Counted from the stretch's first letter, positions 47,836 to 59,268 are shown. The stretch: DNA of 64,000 nt from Clostridiales bacterium (GCA_003525075.1 DQFO01000021.1:48255-112254); one strand, 5' to 3'. Translations and numbers: made by a program. Notes: generated by a model not told the origin, from the sequence alone.

Positions 47836-47901
47836 TTTATCCTCCTCTATTTGGGTATTTATCCTTAAATATATTATATGTATTTATAATTTTCTATATT
47901 T

Positions 47902-48462
47902 TTAAATATTTTTATTTTTTATAAAATCTCCTGTAAATTCTTCTGCTAATATGTCCATACTTATACTATCATAATATTTTCCGTTAATAAATTTGCATTT
48001 TCTTCTTCTTCCATTTTCTTGGAATCCACATTTTTTATAACATTTTAATGCTCTTTCATTAAATTCCATTAAATCTAGTTTTATATTATGTAGATTTAAA
48101 TATCTAAATCCATATTCTAATATAAGTCTTATTGCTTCTGCTCCATATCCATTATCTCTATAATCTTTATCTCCTATAAATATTCCTAGTGTTGCATTTC
48201 TATTTATATCATCTATTTGTTCTAATGATACTGTTCCTATCATTTTATTATCTTCTAATGTGACTATTACAAATGTTGCTGTGTCTTTACTTACTCTTGA
48301 TAAGTATTCTTTTTCTGTATCTAATGTTACACTTGCTCCACTTCTTCCGATATAATCTGTTGTGTTAAAGTCATTTAACCATTCTGTGAATTGTTCTACA
48401 TCTTCACTATTTCTTGGTGATAGATATATTCTTTCTCCTACTAATTTCTTGAAATATTTCAT
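47902..48462 (-). CDS. GNAT-family N-acetyltransferase (RimJ/RimL-like)
   Basis: Acetyl-CoA-binding region RDNGYGAEAIRLILEYGF. Confidence 0.75.
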   Translation of the reverse strand: MKYFKKLVGERIYLSPRNSEDVEQFTEWLNDFNTTDYIGRSGASVTLDTEKEYLSRVSKDTATFVIVTLEDNKMIGTVSLEQIDDINRNATLGIFIGDKDYRDNGYGAEAIRLILEYGFRYLNLHNIKLDLMEFNERALKCYKKCGFQENGRRRKCKFINGKYYDSISMDILAEEFTGDFIKNKNI

Positions 48463-48549
48463 ATTGTGCCCTCCTATTTTACAATTTTCTATATATTAAC
48501 AAAAAAAGAGATAATTATCAATCTTTTTTGTTAATTATCTGCTTTTTCT

Positions 48550-49224
48550 TTATTTACAAAATCTATGTTTTCCTATTGTTACAGTCATTGGTCTTGACCA
48601 AATCCATTTATTTGTAGCTGTACTAGGATTAAAATAATATATTGCCCCATAAGATGGATCCCATCCATTTAAGGCATCTTGTGCTGCCTTTTTTGCAGTT
48701 GTATCTGGTGTCATATTTATTTGTCCATCAGCTACTGCATCAAATGCTCCACTTTGATATACTACTCCTGATATAGTGTTTGGGAATTTACTACTTTTAA
48801 CTCTATTAAGAACTACTGCAGCTACTGCAACTTGCCCTGTATATGGTTCGCCTCTTGCTTCTCCATAAACAACTCTTGCTAGTAAATTTACATTTGATGA
48901 ATTATTTGAAGAAGATGATGATGATGAACTAGATGTTATTCCCATAGCTTTAAGTGTTTGCGTTCCTGCAATTCCATCAACTGTTAATCCATTTTTCTTT
49001 TGGAAACTCTTTACTGCTGAAACTGTTTGACTTCCATATATTCCATCTACAGAACCACTATAATATCCCCATCTTTTCAATTTTTCTTGTATTGTTCTTA
49101 CTTCTGTTCCTCTTGAACCATATTTAGATAATGCTTCAACTTCTGAATTCCAACTCATTAATACAACATCAAAAGTTACTACTAAACCTAATAAAAGTAT
49201 AATAAATATAATTTTCTTTTTCAT
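48550..49224 (-). CDS. sleB: spore cortex-lytic enzyme, SleB-family cell-wall hydrolase with a PG-binding domain and a poly-Ser linker
   Basis: Signal/TM. PG_binding_1 region YGSRGTEVRTIQEKLKRWGYY..GIYGSQTVSAVKSFQKKNGLTVDG. Hydrolase_2 motif LARVVYGEARGEPYTGQVAVAAVVLNRV. Confidence 0.8.
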   Translation of the reverse strand: MKKKIIFIILLLGLVVTFDVVLMSWNSEVEALSKYGSRGTEVRTIQEKLKRWGYYSGSVDGIYGSQTVSAVKSFQKKNGLTVDGIAGTQTLKAMGITSSSSSSSSSNNSSNVNLLARVVYGEARGEPYTGQVAVAAVVLNRVKSSKFPNTISGVVYQSGAFDAVADGQINMTPDTTAKKAAQDALNGWDPSYGAIYYFNPSTATNKWIWSRPMTVTIGKHRFCK

Positions 49225-49289
49225 AACAATTTTCCTCTCTTTAATGTTTTTGTTATTATTTCCAAAAATTAAATTTATTATACTTTCTT

Positions 49290-49727
49290 TTATAATGATT
49301 TTATCGCATTTCTTGCTAGTTCATCACATCTATTATTATATTCATTATCAGCATGTCCTTTTACTTTTATAAATTCAACATTATGTTTTTGGGTTAAACT
49401 ATATAGTTCTTGCCATAGTTCTTTATTTTTTACAGGATCTCCACCTGCTGTTTTCCAGCCTTTTTTTATCCAGCCATATATCCATTTTTGATTAAACGCA
49501 TTTACAGTATATGCACTATCACTATATACTTGTACATCACTTTTTACTTTTAGGCATTTTAATGCTTCTATTACGGCTGTAACTTCCATTATATTATTTG
49601 TTGTATCTTTCTTTCCTCCAGATATTTCTTTTTTTACACCTTTGTACATTAAAATTGCTCCCCAACCACCAGGTCCTGGATTTCCTGAACAAGCACCATC
49701 TGTATATATAATAACTTTTTCTTCCAT
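49290..49727 (-). CDS. rnhA: ribonuclease HI
   Basis: [20 protein letters not shown]...[14 protein letters not shown]...[16 protein letters not shown]. Confidence 0.85.
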   Translation of the reverse strand: MEEKVIIYTDGACSGNPGPGGWGAILMYKGVKKEISGGKKDTTNNIMEVTAVIEALKCLKVKSDVQVYSDSAYTVNAFNQKWIYGWIKKGWKTAGGDPVKNKELWQELYSLTQKHNVEFIKVKGHADNEYNNRCDELARNAIKSL

Positions 49728-49856
49728 TTGTTAATATCCTTTCATACCATTGTATAAATTTCTAAAATTTTCTTGTATATCTATCTTTTTTGTGATAAGA
49801 TTATATCAATAATTTTTAGAAATTACAAGGGAAATTTAAAGAAAGGAAATTTTATT

Positions 49857-51095
49857 ATGAGCAATATACTGGGAATAATTTGTGAATATAACCCATTTCA
49901 TAATGGTCACTTATATCACTTAAATGAAGCAAAAAGACTTACAAATTCAGACTATTCTGTTGCTGTAATTTCAGGTAATTTTTCTCAAAGAGGAGATCCA
50001 GCAATTGTTAGTAAATGGGTAAAAACTGAAATGGCTTTAAAATGTGGTGTTGACTTAGTATTAGAGTTACCTACTATATATTCAATTTCTAGTGCTGAAA
50101 ATTTTGCATATGGTGCAATAAAAATTCTTGATTCACTTAACCTTGTTGATTATTTGTGTTTTGGAAGTGAATGTGGAGATATTTCTATTTTAGATGATAT
50201 TGTTCAAGTTCTTGTTGAAGAACCAAAAGCATATAGAACATTGCTTTCTCATGAATTATCTACTGGTGTTTCCTTTCCTAAAGCTAGAGAAAAGGCTTTA
50301 ATGATGTATCTTGGTAATATGAGAAGATTTGCTAATGTACTCTCTTCTCCAAATAATATTTTGGGAATTGAATATTTAAAGGCCTTGAAAAAACAGGATT
50401 CTTTCATTCAACCTGTTACTATAAAAAGACAAGAAGCTGAACATAATAACAACATGTTTTCTTCTTCATCACGTTTTGCAAGTGGTTCAGCAATCCGTTC
50501 TGCTTGTATTTCTCCTAATATTGACCAATTACAAAAATATATGCCTGAAGATTCTTTTTATTTATTGGAAGATTGTTTGAAAAAAGGAAATTATGTTAAA
50601 GATTTATCTGCTTTTGATAAGGAAATCTTATATACATTAAGACGTATGACTATTGCTGATATTGCTAATTTACCTGATGTTTCTGAAGGTTTGGAATATG
50701 CAATTAAAGATGCTGCAAATTCATGTAATAGTGTTGTTGAATTATTAACTTTAATTGATACTAAAAGATATACTAAAACTAGACTTCAAAGAATTCTTTT
50801 ATATGCAATTCTTGGTATTACAAAAGATGATATGCAACTTTCCAAAAAGGTTGCTCCATATATAAGAATTCTGGGTTTTAATGAAAATGGTAAAAAAATC
50901 ATTAGTGAAGCTTCAAGAAGAAATCCAAAATTAAATCTAATTACTTCTCCAAAAAAGTTTATGGATGGTTCTTCTAATAAAAATTTGAAGCATTTACTTC
51001 AAAAAGATATTTGGGCTTCTAATGTTTATACTTTGGGATTTGAATATGAATCTAAATCTAATTTGGACTATACTCATAAGTTAATAATAGTTTAA
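49857..51095 (+). CDS. tmcAL: tRNA(Met) cytidine acetate ligase TmcAL (YlbM/DUF795 nucleotidyltransferase)
   Basis: GIICEYNPFHNGHLYHL HIGH-like motif. Start at MSNILG with a GAAAGGA RBS. The listed ORF begins at an upstream in-frame codon (49773). Confidence 0.75.
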   Translation: MSNILGIICEYNPFHNGHLYHLNEAKRLTNSDYSVAVISGNFSQRGDPAIVSKWVKTEMALKCGVDLVLELPTIYSISSAENFAYGAIKILDSLNLVDYLCFGSECGDISILDDIVQVLVEEPKAYRTLLSHELSTGVSFPKAREKALMMYLGNMRRFANVLSSPNNILGIEYLKALKKQDSFIQPVTIKRQEAEHNNNMFSSSSRFASGSAIRSACISPNIDQLQKYMPEDSFYLLEDCLKKGNYVKDLSAFDKEILYTLRRMTIADIANLPDVSEGLEYAIKDAANSCNSVVELLTLIDTKRYTKTRLQRILLYAILGITKDDMQLSKKVAPYIRILGFNENGKKIISEASRRNPKLNLITSPKKFMDGSSNKNLKHLLQKDIWASNVYTLGFEYESKSNLDYTHKLIIV

Positions 51096-51133
51096 AAGAG
51101 ATGAATTTTTTCTAATTCATCTCTTCTTTTTTT
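51096..51133. terminator. bidirectional terminator between tmcAL (+) and glgP (-)
   Basis: 12-bp perfect stem aagagatgaatt/aattcatctctt with a 6-nt loop, followed by a T-run. Confidence 0.7.
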
Positions 51134-53699
51134 ATTTTTCAACCCATTTTATTAAGTCTAAATTTGCACTTTCTAATAACATTTCATGTTTTGGCATAAC
51201 TCTAAATGAGTATCCATAATTTCCACCTGATATTAAATCTATTTTTGCTGAATAATAATATTTTTTATTTTCATCATCTTTTCCATCAAGTTTCATTGGT
51301 ATAATTTTTACATCTTGAACAGATCCATCATCTAAAAATTTTCCATAATATACTTGTGCTTCAATATGTCTTACATCAATATTTGGTAATGTTACAACAC
51401 ATTTTACTTCTATTTGATTTCCTGCATCTAATGTAATATTATCTGCATTTCCTTCAATTTGTTCTATTTGAACATCTTTCCAATTTGTTGTAATATCTTT
51501 CTTCCATACACTATATTCTGTAACTGATTCTAAATTTGTATAATATTTCTTTGTTAAATTACATAATGGAATATATAATTGATTTGTATAATCTACTACC
51601 ATTCTTGCTGTACTATATTTTCCACCTGTTGACATGATTGAGTTCTTCATGTATTGCATCCATTTTTTAGATATTCCATTTTCATCTTTTGCATAATATG
51701 CTGGTATTATCTTATTTTCTAATGTATAATACATGCTTTGGCTATCTGCAATATCTTGTTCTTCATATGATGGATATTCTGCATTTGTTCCAATTGTCCA
51801 ACCATTTTTTTGGTTATACCCTTCTGCCCACCAACCATCTAAAACGCTAAAGTTTACAACTCCATTTACAGATGCTTTTTGTCCACTTGTTCCAGATGCT
51901 TCCATTGGTCTTCTTGGATTATTTAGCCAAACATCTACACCACTTACTAAATATCTTGAGATTTCTATACTATAATTTTCTAATATAAATATTTTTCCTT
52001 TGAATTGTGGCATCATTGATACTTCATGTATTTGTTTTATTAAATCAGCACCATATCTATCTGCTGGATGTGCTTTTCCTGCAAATACTAATACCACTGG
52101 TTTATCTGTATTATTTAATATTTGTGTTATTCTTTCTAAATCTTTAAATATTAATGTTGCTCTTTTATATGTTGCAAATCTTCTTGCAAAACCTATCATT
52201 AATGTGTCTGGATGTAAGTTTGCCAATGCTTCTCCTATTGCATCATAACTAACACCTTCTCTTCTTAATCTATTTATTAGATTTTGTTTTATTACATTAA
52301 TTAATTTTTGTTTTCTTTCCATATGAACTTCCCATAATTTATCATCTGGAATTGTGTCTATTTTTTTCCATACATCATCTTCATGTATATTGTCTTGCCA
52401 ATATGGTATTAAATATTTGTTATATAAGTCTTTTAATTTTGGTGCTAACCATGTGCATGTATGAATTCCGTTTGTTACATATGTTATAGGAGATTCATTT
52501 GGTGCTATATGTGGCCATACTTCTGAGAATAGTTCTCTTGATACCTCACCATGTAATTTACTTACACCATTTTTCTTTCCTGCTATTTTTAATGCTAGTA
52601 TTCCCATATTAAATCCTTGCTCAAGATTATCACATGGTTTCATTCCTAGTTTTAGGAATTCTTCTCTTGTTAATCCTAAACGTGGCCAGAAATCTTTAAA
52701 ATATTTTTCTACTAATTCTATTGGGAATATATCATTTCCTGCTGGAACTGGTGTATGTGTTGTAAATACTGTTTTTGATGATGCTATATCTCTTGCTATA
52801 TCAAATGATACTTGTTTATCTCTTATTGTATTTTTTATTAATTCTAAGTTTAAGAATGCTGAATGTCCTTCATTCATATGGTATACAGTTGGTGTTAATC
52901 CTAATTTTTTTAATGTGTTAACTCCTCCCATTCCAAGTATGATTTCTTGACGAATTCTCATTTCTTGGTCTCCACCATATAATTTTGCTGTTGTTCCTCT
53001 GTCTTCTTCTGCATTTATATCTATGTCTGAATCTAATAAATATAATTTTATTCTTCCTACATTAATTTGCCATACTTTTAAATATATTCTTCTTGCTGGG
53101 AATTTTACATATGTTATAAAATCTTTTCCATCTTTGTCTTTAACAGGATGTATTGGTAAATCTGCTAGATTTAAGTCTTTATATTCTGGATGTTGTATTC
53201 CATCTTTGTCTATTCTTTGATGGAAATATCCATTTTTGTACATTAAACCAACTGCTACTAATGGAATACCTAAGTCACTTGCTGATTTTAAATGATCTCC
53301 TGATAATATTCCTAATCCTCCTGAATATATTGCTATTGTTTGATCTAATCCATATTCTGCTGAGAAATATGCAATTAAATCATTTTTGTTTTCTGGATAT
53401 TTTTGTGCAAACCATGTATTTCTACTTGCCATATATGAATCAAAATTCTCAACTATTTTGTCATAATCTTTTACAAATTGTGCATTGTTTTCTGCTTCTT
53501 CTAATTTTTCTTGTGATATATGTTTTAAAAATTTAACTGGATTTTTATCACATTTTTCCCACAAGTCTCCGTCCATTGTTTTTAATAATCTTAAAAATTC
53601 AGTATTCCATGCCCACCATAGATTATTTGCTATTTCATTTAATCTATTTATTCTTTTTGGTAGTTGTGGATTTACTGTAATCCTATTAAATATGTACAT
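51132..53699 (-). CDS. glgP: alpha-glucan (glycogen/maltodextrin) phosphorylase, GT35, with an N-terminal DUF3417-type extension
   Basis: Conserved phosphorylase segments, e.g. GGLGILSGDHLKSASDLGIPLVAVGLMY and GTSGQKASVNGVVNFSVLDGWW with the PLP-lysine region. Confidence 0.85.
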   Translation of the reverse strand: MYIFNRITVNPQLPKRINRLNEIANNLWWAWNTEFLRLLKTMDGDLWEKCDKNPVKFLKHISQEKLEEAENNAQFVKDYDKIVENFDSYMASRNTWFAQKYPENKNDLIAYFSAEYGLDQTIAIYSGGLGILSGDHLKSASDLGIPLVAVGLMYKNGYFHQRIDKDGIQHPEYKDLNLADLPIHPVKDKDGKDFITYVKFPARRIYLKVWQINVGRIKLYLLDSDIDINAEEDRGTTAKLYGGDQEMRIRQEIILGMGGVNTLKKLGLTPTVYHMNEGHSAFLNLELIKNTIRDKQVSFDIARDIASSKTVFTTHTPVPAGNDIFPIELVEKYFKDFWPRLGLTREEFLKLGMKPCDNLEQGFNMGILALKIAGKKNGVSKLHGEVSRELFSEVWPHIAPNESPITYVTNGIHTCTWLAPKLKDLYNKYLIPYWQDNIHEDDVWKKIDTIPDDKLWEVHMERKQKLINVIKQNLINRLRREGVSYDAIGEALANLHPDTLMIGFARRFATYKRATLIFKDLERITQILNNTDKPVVLVFAGKAHPADRYGADLIKQIHEVSMMPQFKGKIFILENYSIEISRYLVSGVDVWLNNPRRPMEASGTSGQKASVNGVVNFSVLDGWWAEGYNQKNGWTIGTNAEYPSYEEQDIADSQSMYYTLENKIIPAYYAKDENGISKKWMQYMKNSIMSTGGKYSTARMVVDYTNQLYIPLCNLTKKYYTNLESVTEYSVWKKDITTNWKDVQIEQIEGNADNITLDAGNQIEVKCVVTLPNIDVRHIEAQVYYGKFLDDGSVQDVKIIPMKLDGKDDENKKYYYSAKIDLISGGNYGYSFRVMPKHEMLLESANLDLIKWVEK

Positions 53700-53794
53700 T
53701 ATTTATTTCCTCCTAAGTTATTTTCTTTTCATTTTTCTTTTCGTAATCGTCTATATTATCTACTAAAAAAATTTTTTTGTCAATAATTCCTATC

Positions 53795-53821
53795 AAAAAA
53801 GCGAAAATTTAATTTCGCTTA
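53795..53821 (-). terminator. Rho-independent terminator after the small alarmone synthetase gene
   Basis: 8-bp stem aagcgaaa/tttcgctt, followed by a U-run on the minus strand. Confidence 0.6.
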
Positions 53822-54493
53822 TTTATAATTTATCATTTTGGTATCAAATTTATTTATCATTTTTGCACAACTTACTAGTTCTTTTGACATTTTAGGATTT
53901 ACATCATTTTTTGTTTTATATTTTACTTTATGTTCAAAGCTTGCCCAAAAGTCCATTGCTAATGTTCTTATTTGAATTTCACATTTTACATATATTGTTT
54001 TTTGTGTTAGTTTTACTGGTACTTCTACAATCATGTGATAACTTGAATATCCACTTTCTTTTGGATTTGTTACATAATCTTTTTCTTTTAATACATGTAT
54101 GTCTGGTATTTGTTTTACTAAATCTCTAATAAAAAATATGTCATCTTTTAGTGTACATACAATTCTTATTCCTGCAATATCATTTATTTTTTCTATTAAA
54201 TTTAAATATGTTTTGTCATATTTTTTCTTTTCCATTTTCTTTACAATACTTTTTGGCTCTTTTATTCTTGTGTCTATATGGTCTATTAAATCATAATTAT
54301 ATATTAATTTGAATTCATCTTTTATTATATTCATTTGTAATTCTAATTGCTTTAATGCTGACTTGTAAAAAAACATTAATTTTTCAAATGGTTCTTCTTT
54401 CACATCTAATTTTTCATTTTTGTTTTCTATACATCTTTCTATTATCATTAAATCATTTTCTCTCATAAATTCCTCCATTTTAGTTATATTCAT
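53819..54493 (-). CDS. small alarmone synthetase (RelQ/RelP, YjbM/YwaC-like GTP pyrophosphokinase)
   Basis: RelA/SpoT synthetase core DIAGIRIVCTLKDD...GYSSYHMIVEV. Confidence 0.8.
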   Translation of the reverse strand: MNITKMEEFMRENDLMIIERCIENKNEKLDVKEEPFEKLMFFYKSALKQLELQMNIIKDEFKLIYNYDLIDHIDTRIKEPKSIVKKMEKKKYDKTYLNLIEKINDIAGIRIVCTLKDDIFFIRDLVKQIPDIHVLKEKDYVTNPKESGYSSYHMIVEVPVKLTQKTIYVKCEIQIRTLAMDFWASFEHKVKYKTKNDVNPKMSKELVSCAKMINKFDTKMINYK

Positions 54494-54595
54494 TTGTTTT
54501 GGATATATAACTTAACTTCCGTTTTCATGATATGATTTTATACATATTTTGTTGCCAAATTATTTCTTATTTGTGTTCTTGATGTGAATTAATTC

Positions 54596-55300
54596 TTATA
54601 TTTTTATTAACTTAAAATCTAGTCCGTCTGCACTTACTAATTTTAATTCTATTCCTTGTATTTTTCCTTCAACTGCATCATATATTGAATTTCCATGTAA
54701 ATGTCCATAATAACATCTTTTTACATTATATTTTTTCATTAATTCTATAAATTTCATTTCTTCTTCTGATAAAATTTTGTTTTTTGTAATTGGTGGATAG
54801 TGCATAAATACTATTATTTCTTTGTTCTCTCCTGCTTTTTTTGCTCCATCTTGTAATGATAATTCTAGTCTTCCTAATTCTCTATTTATTAATTTTTCGT
54901 CTATTTCTTCATCTACTAGACTCCATCCTCTTGTACCACATAAAATTTTGTTTTCATATTCAAAACTGTTATTATATAAAAAGTCTATATTCTGAAAATT
55001 ATTTTCTTTTAGAAATTTTCTCATACTTGTAACTGTTGTCCACCAATAATCATGATTTCCTTTTAACATAATTTTCTTTCCTGGTAAACTGTTTAAATAT
55101 TCAAAATCTGGTATTGTATCTTCAATATATGTTGCCCATGAAAAATCTCCTGGTAATACTACCAAATCTTCTTCTTTTACTTTTTCATTCCAATCTTTTT
55201 TTATTTTTTCTTCGTGTTTTGTCCAATTATCTCCAAATATATCCATTGGTTTTGGATTTTTGAATGATAAATGTAAATCGGCAATTACGAATATTGACAT
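54596..55300 (-). CDS. calcineurin-like metallophosphoesterase
   Basis: Motifs DLH (IADLHLS), GDFS, GNHD and GHLH of the MPP superfamily. Confidence 0.7.
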   Translation of the reverse strand: MSIFVIADLHLSFKNPKPMDIFGDNWTKHEEKIKKDWNEKVKEEDLVVLPGDFSWATYIEDTIPDFEYLNSLPGKKIMLKGNHDYWWTTVTSMRKFLKENNFQNIDFLYNNSFEYENKILCGTRGWSLVDEEIDEKLINRELGRLELSLQDGAKKAGENKEIIVFMHYPPITKNKILSEEEMKFIELMKKYNVKRCYYGHLHGNSIYDAVEGKIQGIELKLVSADGLDFKLIKI

Positions 55301-55341
55301 TCTTTTATTTTCCCTTCTAAAGTTTCTTCTTGAAACTGTAA

Positions 55342-56337
55342 TTATTCACCTATTTTTAAATTTGGAACTGCATTAAGTGTATTGTCTGATATGTCTCCAT
55401 GTAAATATCTATAATATCCTGCTGATCCTATCATTGCTGCATTGTCTGTACATAGTTTTAAATCTGGTTTATATATTTGTACATTTAATTTTTGACCTAA
55501 TTTTTCGAATTCTTCTCTTATATGTGTATTTGCAGATACTCCTCCTGCTAATACTACTTTTTTTATTCCTGTTTGTTTTATTGCTTTTTCTATATTTTCT
55601 GTTAATACTTCTGTTACTGCTTTTTCAAAGCTCATACATAAATCTGCTTTGTTTACTTCTGGATTTTTGTGATGTAAGTTTATTACTGCTGTTTTTATTC
55701 CACTAAAACTGAAATCTAAATTTTCGAAATGCGTTTTTGGAAAATTGATTGTTGCTTTTCCTTGCTCAGCTAATTTATCAATCTTTGGTCCTCCTGGATA
55801 TGTTAATCCAATTACTCTTGCAACTTTGTCAAATGCTTCTCCAATTGCATCATCTCTTGTTCTTCCCAATACTTCCATATCACAATAATCTTTTACATAT
55901 ACAATTTGTGTATTTCCTCCAGATGTTAACATACATAAAAATGGTGGTTCTAAGTCTGGATGTGTTATATAATTAGCTGATATATGTCCTTCTAGGTGGT
56001 TTACTCCTACAAGTGGTTTGTTTAATGCATATGCTAAACCTCTTCCATATGAAACTCCTACTAATAATGCTCCTACTAAACCTGGTCCATATGTTGGTAC
56101 TATTACATCTATATCTTCTAATTTTACATTTGCTTGTTCTAATGCTAATTTTGTTACTCTTGAAATTGCTTCTATATGATTTCTTGATGCAATTTCTGGT
56201 ACAACTCCTCCAAATTGTTCATGTATTTTTATTTGTGTATCTATTACATTTGACAAAACCTCTCTGCCGTTTTTTACAACGGCTACAGAGGTTTCATCAC
56301 AGCTTGATTCTATTCCTAATACTAATGTTTCTTTCAA
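55342..56337 (-). CDS. tsaD: tRNA N6-adenosine threonylcarbamoyltransferase
   Basis: [15 protein letters not shown] plus the Kae1/Gcp core. Confidence 0.9.
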   Translation of the reverse strand: MKETLVLGIESSCDETSVAVVKNGREVLSNVIDTQIKIHEQFGGVVPEIASRNHIEAISRVTKLALEQANVKLEDIDVIVPTYGPGLVGALLVGVSYGRGLAYALNKPLVGVNHLEGHISANYITHPDLEPPFLCMLTSGGNTQIVYVKDYCDMEVLGRTRDDAIGEAFDKVARVIGLTYPGGPKIDKLAEQGKATINFPKTHFENLDFSFSGIKTAVINLHHKNPEVNKADLCMSFEKAVTEVLTENIEKAIKQTGIKKVVLAGGVSANTHIREEFEKLGQKLNVQIYKPDLKLCTDNAAMIGSAGYYRYLHGDISDNTLNAVPNLKIGE

Positions 56338-56371
56338 TTTAGTTCTGTCCTTTCATTTTCTATTAGTTTAT

Positions 56372-57109
56372 CTATGCTAATCCAAATATTTTTAATGCTA
56401 TTCCTAATATTGCACTTGTCATTTTACTTATTAATGGTGAAATCATATTTCCTGCAATTCCTGATATCCATATAACTAAAAATATTATATAAAATATTCT
56501 TTCATTTTCTATAAACCATGTTTTTGCTCCTCTTGGCAATATTGGAAGAAATATTTTTGATCCATCTAGTGGTGGTAATGGTATTAAATTAAATACTCCA
56601 AGTCCTATATTCATTGTTATTATATATGCAACCATTGTCATTATAACACTTCCTACAGTTGTTGTTATAAATGTTATTTTAGCAAATTTTATTATTGCAC
56701 AATATATTAGTGCAAATATTAATGCTGTTATAAAATTCATTAATGGTCCTGCAAATGATACTATTGCATCTGCTTTTTCTACAGATATGTTTCTATTATA
56801 ATTTCTTGGGTCTATTTCTACTGGTTTTCCCCATCCAATATGTGCAAATAATAACATTGCTATTCCTAATGGATCTATATGATCAAATGGGTTTAAGCTT
56901 AATCTTCCTTGTCTTACTGGTGTGTCATCTCCTAATTTATATGCTGCAAATGCGTGTCCAAATTCATGAACTGTTATTGCTATTAATACTGCTGGAACTG
57001 ATAATAATAAATCTATTATTCCGTCTGTTCCATAGCTAAATAATGATATTATTACTAATATTCCTGCTACTATATATAGTGTTTTCTTGTCTATACCGTA
57101 TCCAAACAT
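56372..57109 (-). CDS. site-2 protease (peptidase M50) family membrane metalloprotease
   Basis: HExxH (TVHEFGHAF) inside a TM helix. LDG motif (LIPLPPLDGSK). Confidence 0.7.
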   Translation of the reverse strand: MFGYGIDKKTLYIVAGILVIISLFSYGTDGIIDLLLSVPAVLIAITVHEFGHAFAAYKLGDDTPVRQGRLSLNPFDHIDPLGIAMLLFAHIGWGKPVEIDPRNYNRNISVEKADAIVSFAGPLMNFITALIFALIYCAIIKFAKITFITTTVGSVIMTMVAYIITMNIGLGVFNLIPLPPLDGSKIFLPILPRGAKTWFIENERIFYIIFLVIWISGIAGNMISPLISKMTSAILGIALKIFGLA

Positions 57110-57191
57110 AAATCTTTCTCCTATCTTACTTTTTTACTTTATATAATATATCATATTTGATTTTAAATTTCAATTGAATTGTATAAATTTA

Positions 57192-57223
57192 CAAAAGGGA
57201 CACACTTCATATAAAGTGTGTCC
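57192..57223 (-). terminator. Rho-independent terminator of lysS
   Basis: 9-bp stem ggacacact/agtgtgtcc with an 8-nt loop, followed by a U-rich tract on the minus strand. Confidence 0.65.
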
Positions 57224-57233
57224 ATAATTTATA

Positions 57234-58736
57234 TTAATTTAATGGTTTCATTGTTGGGAATAATAATACATCTCTAATTGATGCTGAATCTGTTAATAAC
57301 ATAACTAATCTATCAATTCCTATTCCTAATCCTCCTGTTGGTGCCATACCGTATTCAAGAGCATTAATATAGTCTTCATCCATCATTCCTGCTTCATCAT
57401 CTCCATTTTCTCTTGCTGCAATTTCATCTTTGAATCTTTCATATTGGTCTATTGGATCATTTAATTCTGAGAATGCGTTTCCATATTCTCTACCATCTAT
57501 GAATATTTCAAATCTTTCTGTTAATCTTGGATCTTTTGGTGATTTTTTAGCTAATGGTGATATTTCTACTGGATAGTCATATACAAATGTTGGTTGTACA
57601 ATAGTTTTTTCAACATATTCATCAAAGAATAAACTGATAATGTTTCCTCTTTTTTCTTTTCCTACTGGAATTTCAATTTTTCTTTCTTTTGCCAATGCTA
57701 CAGCTTCTTCATCTGTATTTATTTCATTGAAATCTACTCCACAAGCTTCTTTTATAGCATCTATCATTGTGATTCTTTTCCATTCTCCGCCTAAGTCTAT
57801 TTCTTTTCCTTGATATGTTATTTTTGTTGTTCCACATACTTTCATTGCACATTTTTTGAATATTTCTTCTGTTATATCCATCATGTCATGATAATTTTCA
57901 TATGCTGAATATAATTCTATTGATGTAAATTCTGGGTTATGTCTAATGTCCATTCCTTCATTTCTGAATATTCTTCCCATTTCATATACTTTGTCATATC
58001 CACCTACAATTAATCTTTTTAAGTTTAATTCTGTTGCTATTCTTAAATACATATCTATGTCTAATGTATTATGATGTGTTATGAATGGTCTTGCTGTTGC
58101 TCCACCTGATATTGTATTTAATATTGGTGTTTCAACTTCTAGATATCCTTTTTCATCTAATATTCTTCTTATTTCTGCTATAATTTGGCTTCTTTTTCTG
58201 AATGTTTCTTTTACTTCTGGATTCATTATTAAGTCAACATATCTTTGTCTATATCTTAAATCTACATCTTTTAGTCCATGGAATTTTTCTGGTAATGGTC
58301 TTAATGATTTTGAAAGTAATACTACTTCTTTAGCATGTACAGATATTTCTTCTGTTCTTGTTTTAAATACAAATCCTGTTATTCCAATTATATCTCCAAT
58401 ATCAAATGTTTTGAATGCTTTATAACTTTCTTCTCCTAAATCATTTATACTTACATAACTTTGAATTTTTTCATCACTATCTAATATTGTGCAGAATGAT
58501 GCTTTTCCCATTATTCTTTTTGCTATTATTCTTCCTGCTACAGATACATCTTTTTGTTCAAATTTTTCGTAGTTTGCTTTTATTTCTCCTGCTGAGTTTG
58601 TTCTATTATATTTTGTTATTTCAAATGGGTTTTTTCCTTGTTCTTGTAATTCTTTTAATTTATCTTTTCTTATTTGTATTAAGTGGTTTTCATCTACTTC
58701 TATTTCTTGATTTTGGTTATTTTGATTTTCTTGCAT
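57234..58736 (-). CDS. lysS: lysine--tRNA ligase (class II)
   Basis: Class II motifs 1-3 (e.g. [34 protein letters not shown]). N-terminal OB anticodon-binding domain. Confidence 0.9.
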   Translation of the reverse strand: MQENQNNQNQEIEVDENHLIQIRKDKLKELQEQGKNPFEITKYNRTNSAGEIKANYEKFEQKDVSVAGRIIAKRIMGKASFCTILDSDEKIQSYVSINDLGEESYKAFKTFDIGDIIGITGFVFKTRTEEISVHAKEVVLLSKSLRPLPEKFHGLKDVDLRYRQRYVDLIMNPEVKETFRKRSQIIAEIRRILDEKGYLEVETPILNTISGGATARPFITHHNTLDIDMYLRIATELNLKRLIVGGYDKVYEMGRIFRNEGMDIRHNPEFTSIELYSAYENYHDMMDITEEIFKKCAMKVCGTTKITYQGKEIDLGGEWKRITMIDAIKEACGVDFNEINTDEEAVALAKERKIEIPVGKEKRGNIISLFFDEYVEKTIVQPTFVYDYPVEISPLAKKSPKDPRLTERFEIFIDGREYGNAFSELNDPIDQYERFKDEIAARENGDDEAGMMDEDYINALEYGMAPTGGLGIGIDRLVMLLTDSASIRDVLLFPTMKPLN

Positions 58737-58942
58737 TTTACTCTCTCCTCTTTTTTATTACTAACATCAATAATTATAATGTATTTTTAGCTAAAAATCA
58801 AGTTTTCTATGTAAAGAATTTTGATTTCTTACCACATTTGTGACATAATATTTTTTTGCTAATCTAATATTGTTGTTTTTTGTTTAATTATGGAAAACTT
58901 TGTTATATAATAACAGAAAATAAAAGATGAAAGGAAAATAAA

Positions 58943-59064
58943 ATGGGTAAATCAAAAGAAAATCAAGAAGTAGTTGTTCTTATCTAAGAAATAGCAAAAT
59001 TTCAATTAACATAAGTGATGCTAAGGCTAAAGGTTATACAGCTTGCTCTAGATGTAATCCATAA
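58943..59064 (+). pseudogene. frameshifted small ORF encoding the C-terminal half of an Ada-type zinc-binding domain
   Basis: Frame 2 reads ..SSCSYLRNSKISINISDAKAKGYTACSRCNP*. This resembles the Ada N-terminal domain end ..PSCRAR..FYANASEALAAGFRPCKRCQP. The only ATG (MGKSKENQEVVVLI*) is in the adjacent frame. Confidence 0.3.
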
Positions 59065-59070
59065 TAATAT

Positions 59071-59109
59071 AAAAAAAACAGCTAAATTCATAAAATAGCT
59101 GTTTTTTTA
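59071..59109. terminator. bidirectional Rho-independent terminator
   Basis: An A-run, an 8-bp stem aacagcta/tagctgtt with an 11-nt loop, then a T-run. Confidence 0.7.
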
Positions 59110-59268
59110 TGGAGCGGTTAAGCAACAGCTTACGAACCATAACGCTCTCTTTCTAAAAATATTATATATGAATTCTTATTAAATTTCAATGGGAGTATGG
59201 AGAATTTTGTTATTTTATAGTATAATATATTCAAAATTAAACTTGATTCTATATAAGGAGGAAGTATA

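Noticed and set aside
48820-48960. Poly-serine run (SSSSSSSSSNNSS) as a repeat feature
   Set aside because: It is an in-frame linker between the PG-binding domain and the catalytic domain of the SleB-like enzyme, not an independent element.
58737-58940. Possible T-box leader upstream of lysS
   Set aside because: The leader is only ~160-200 nt. No T-box consensus (AGGGTGGNACCGCG) or specifier-loop architecture is recognisable.
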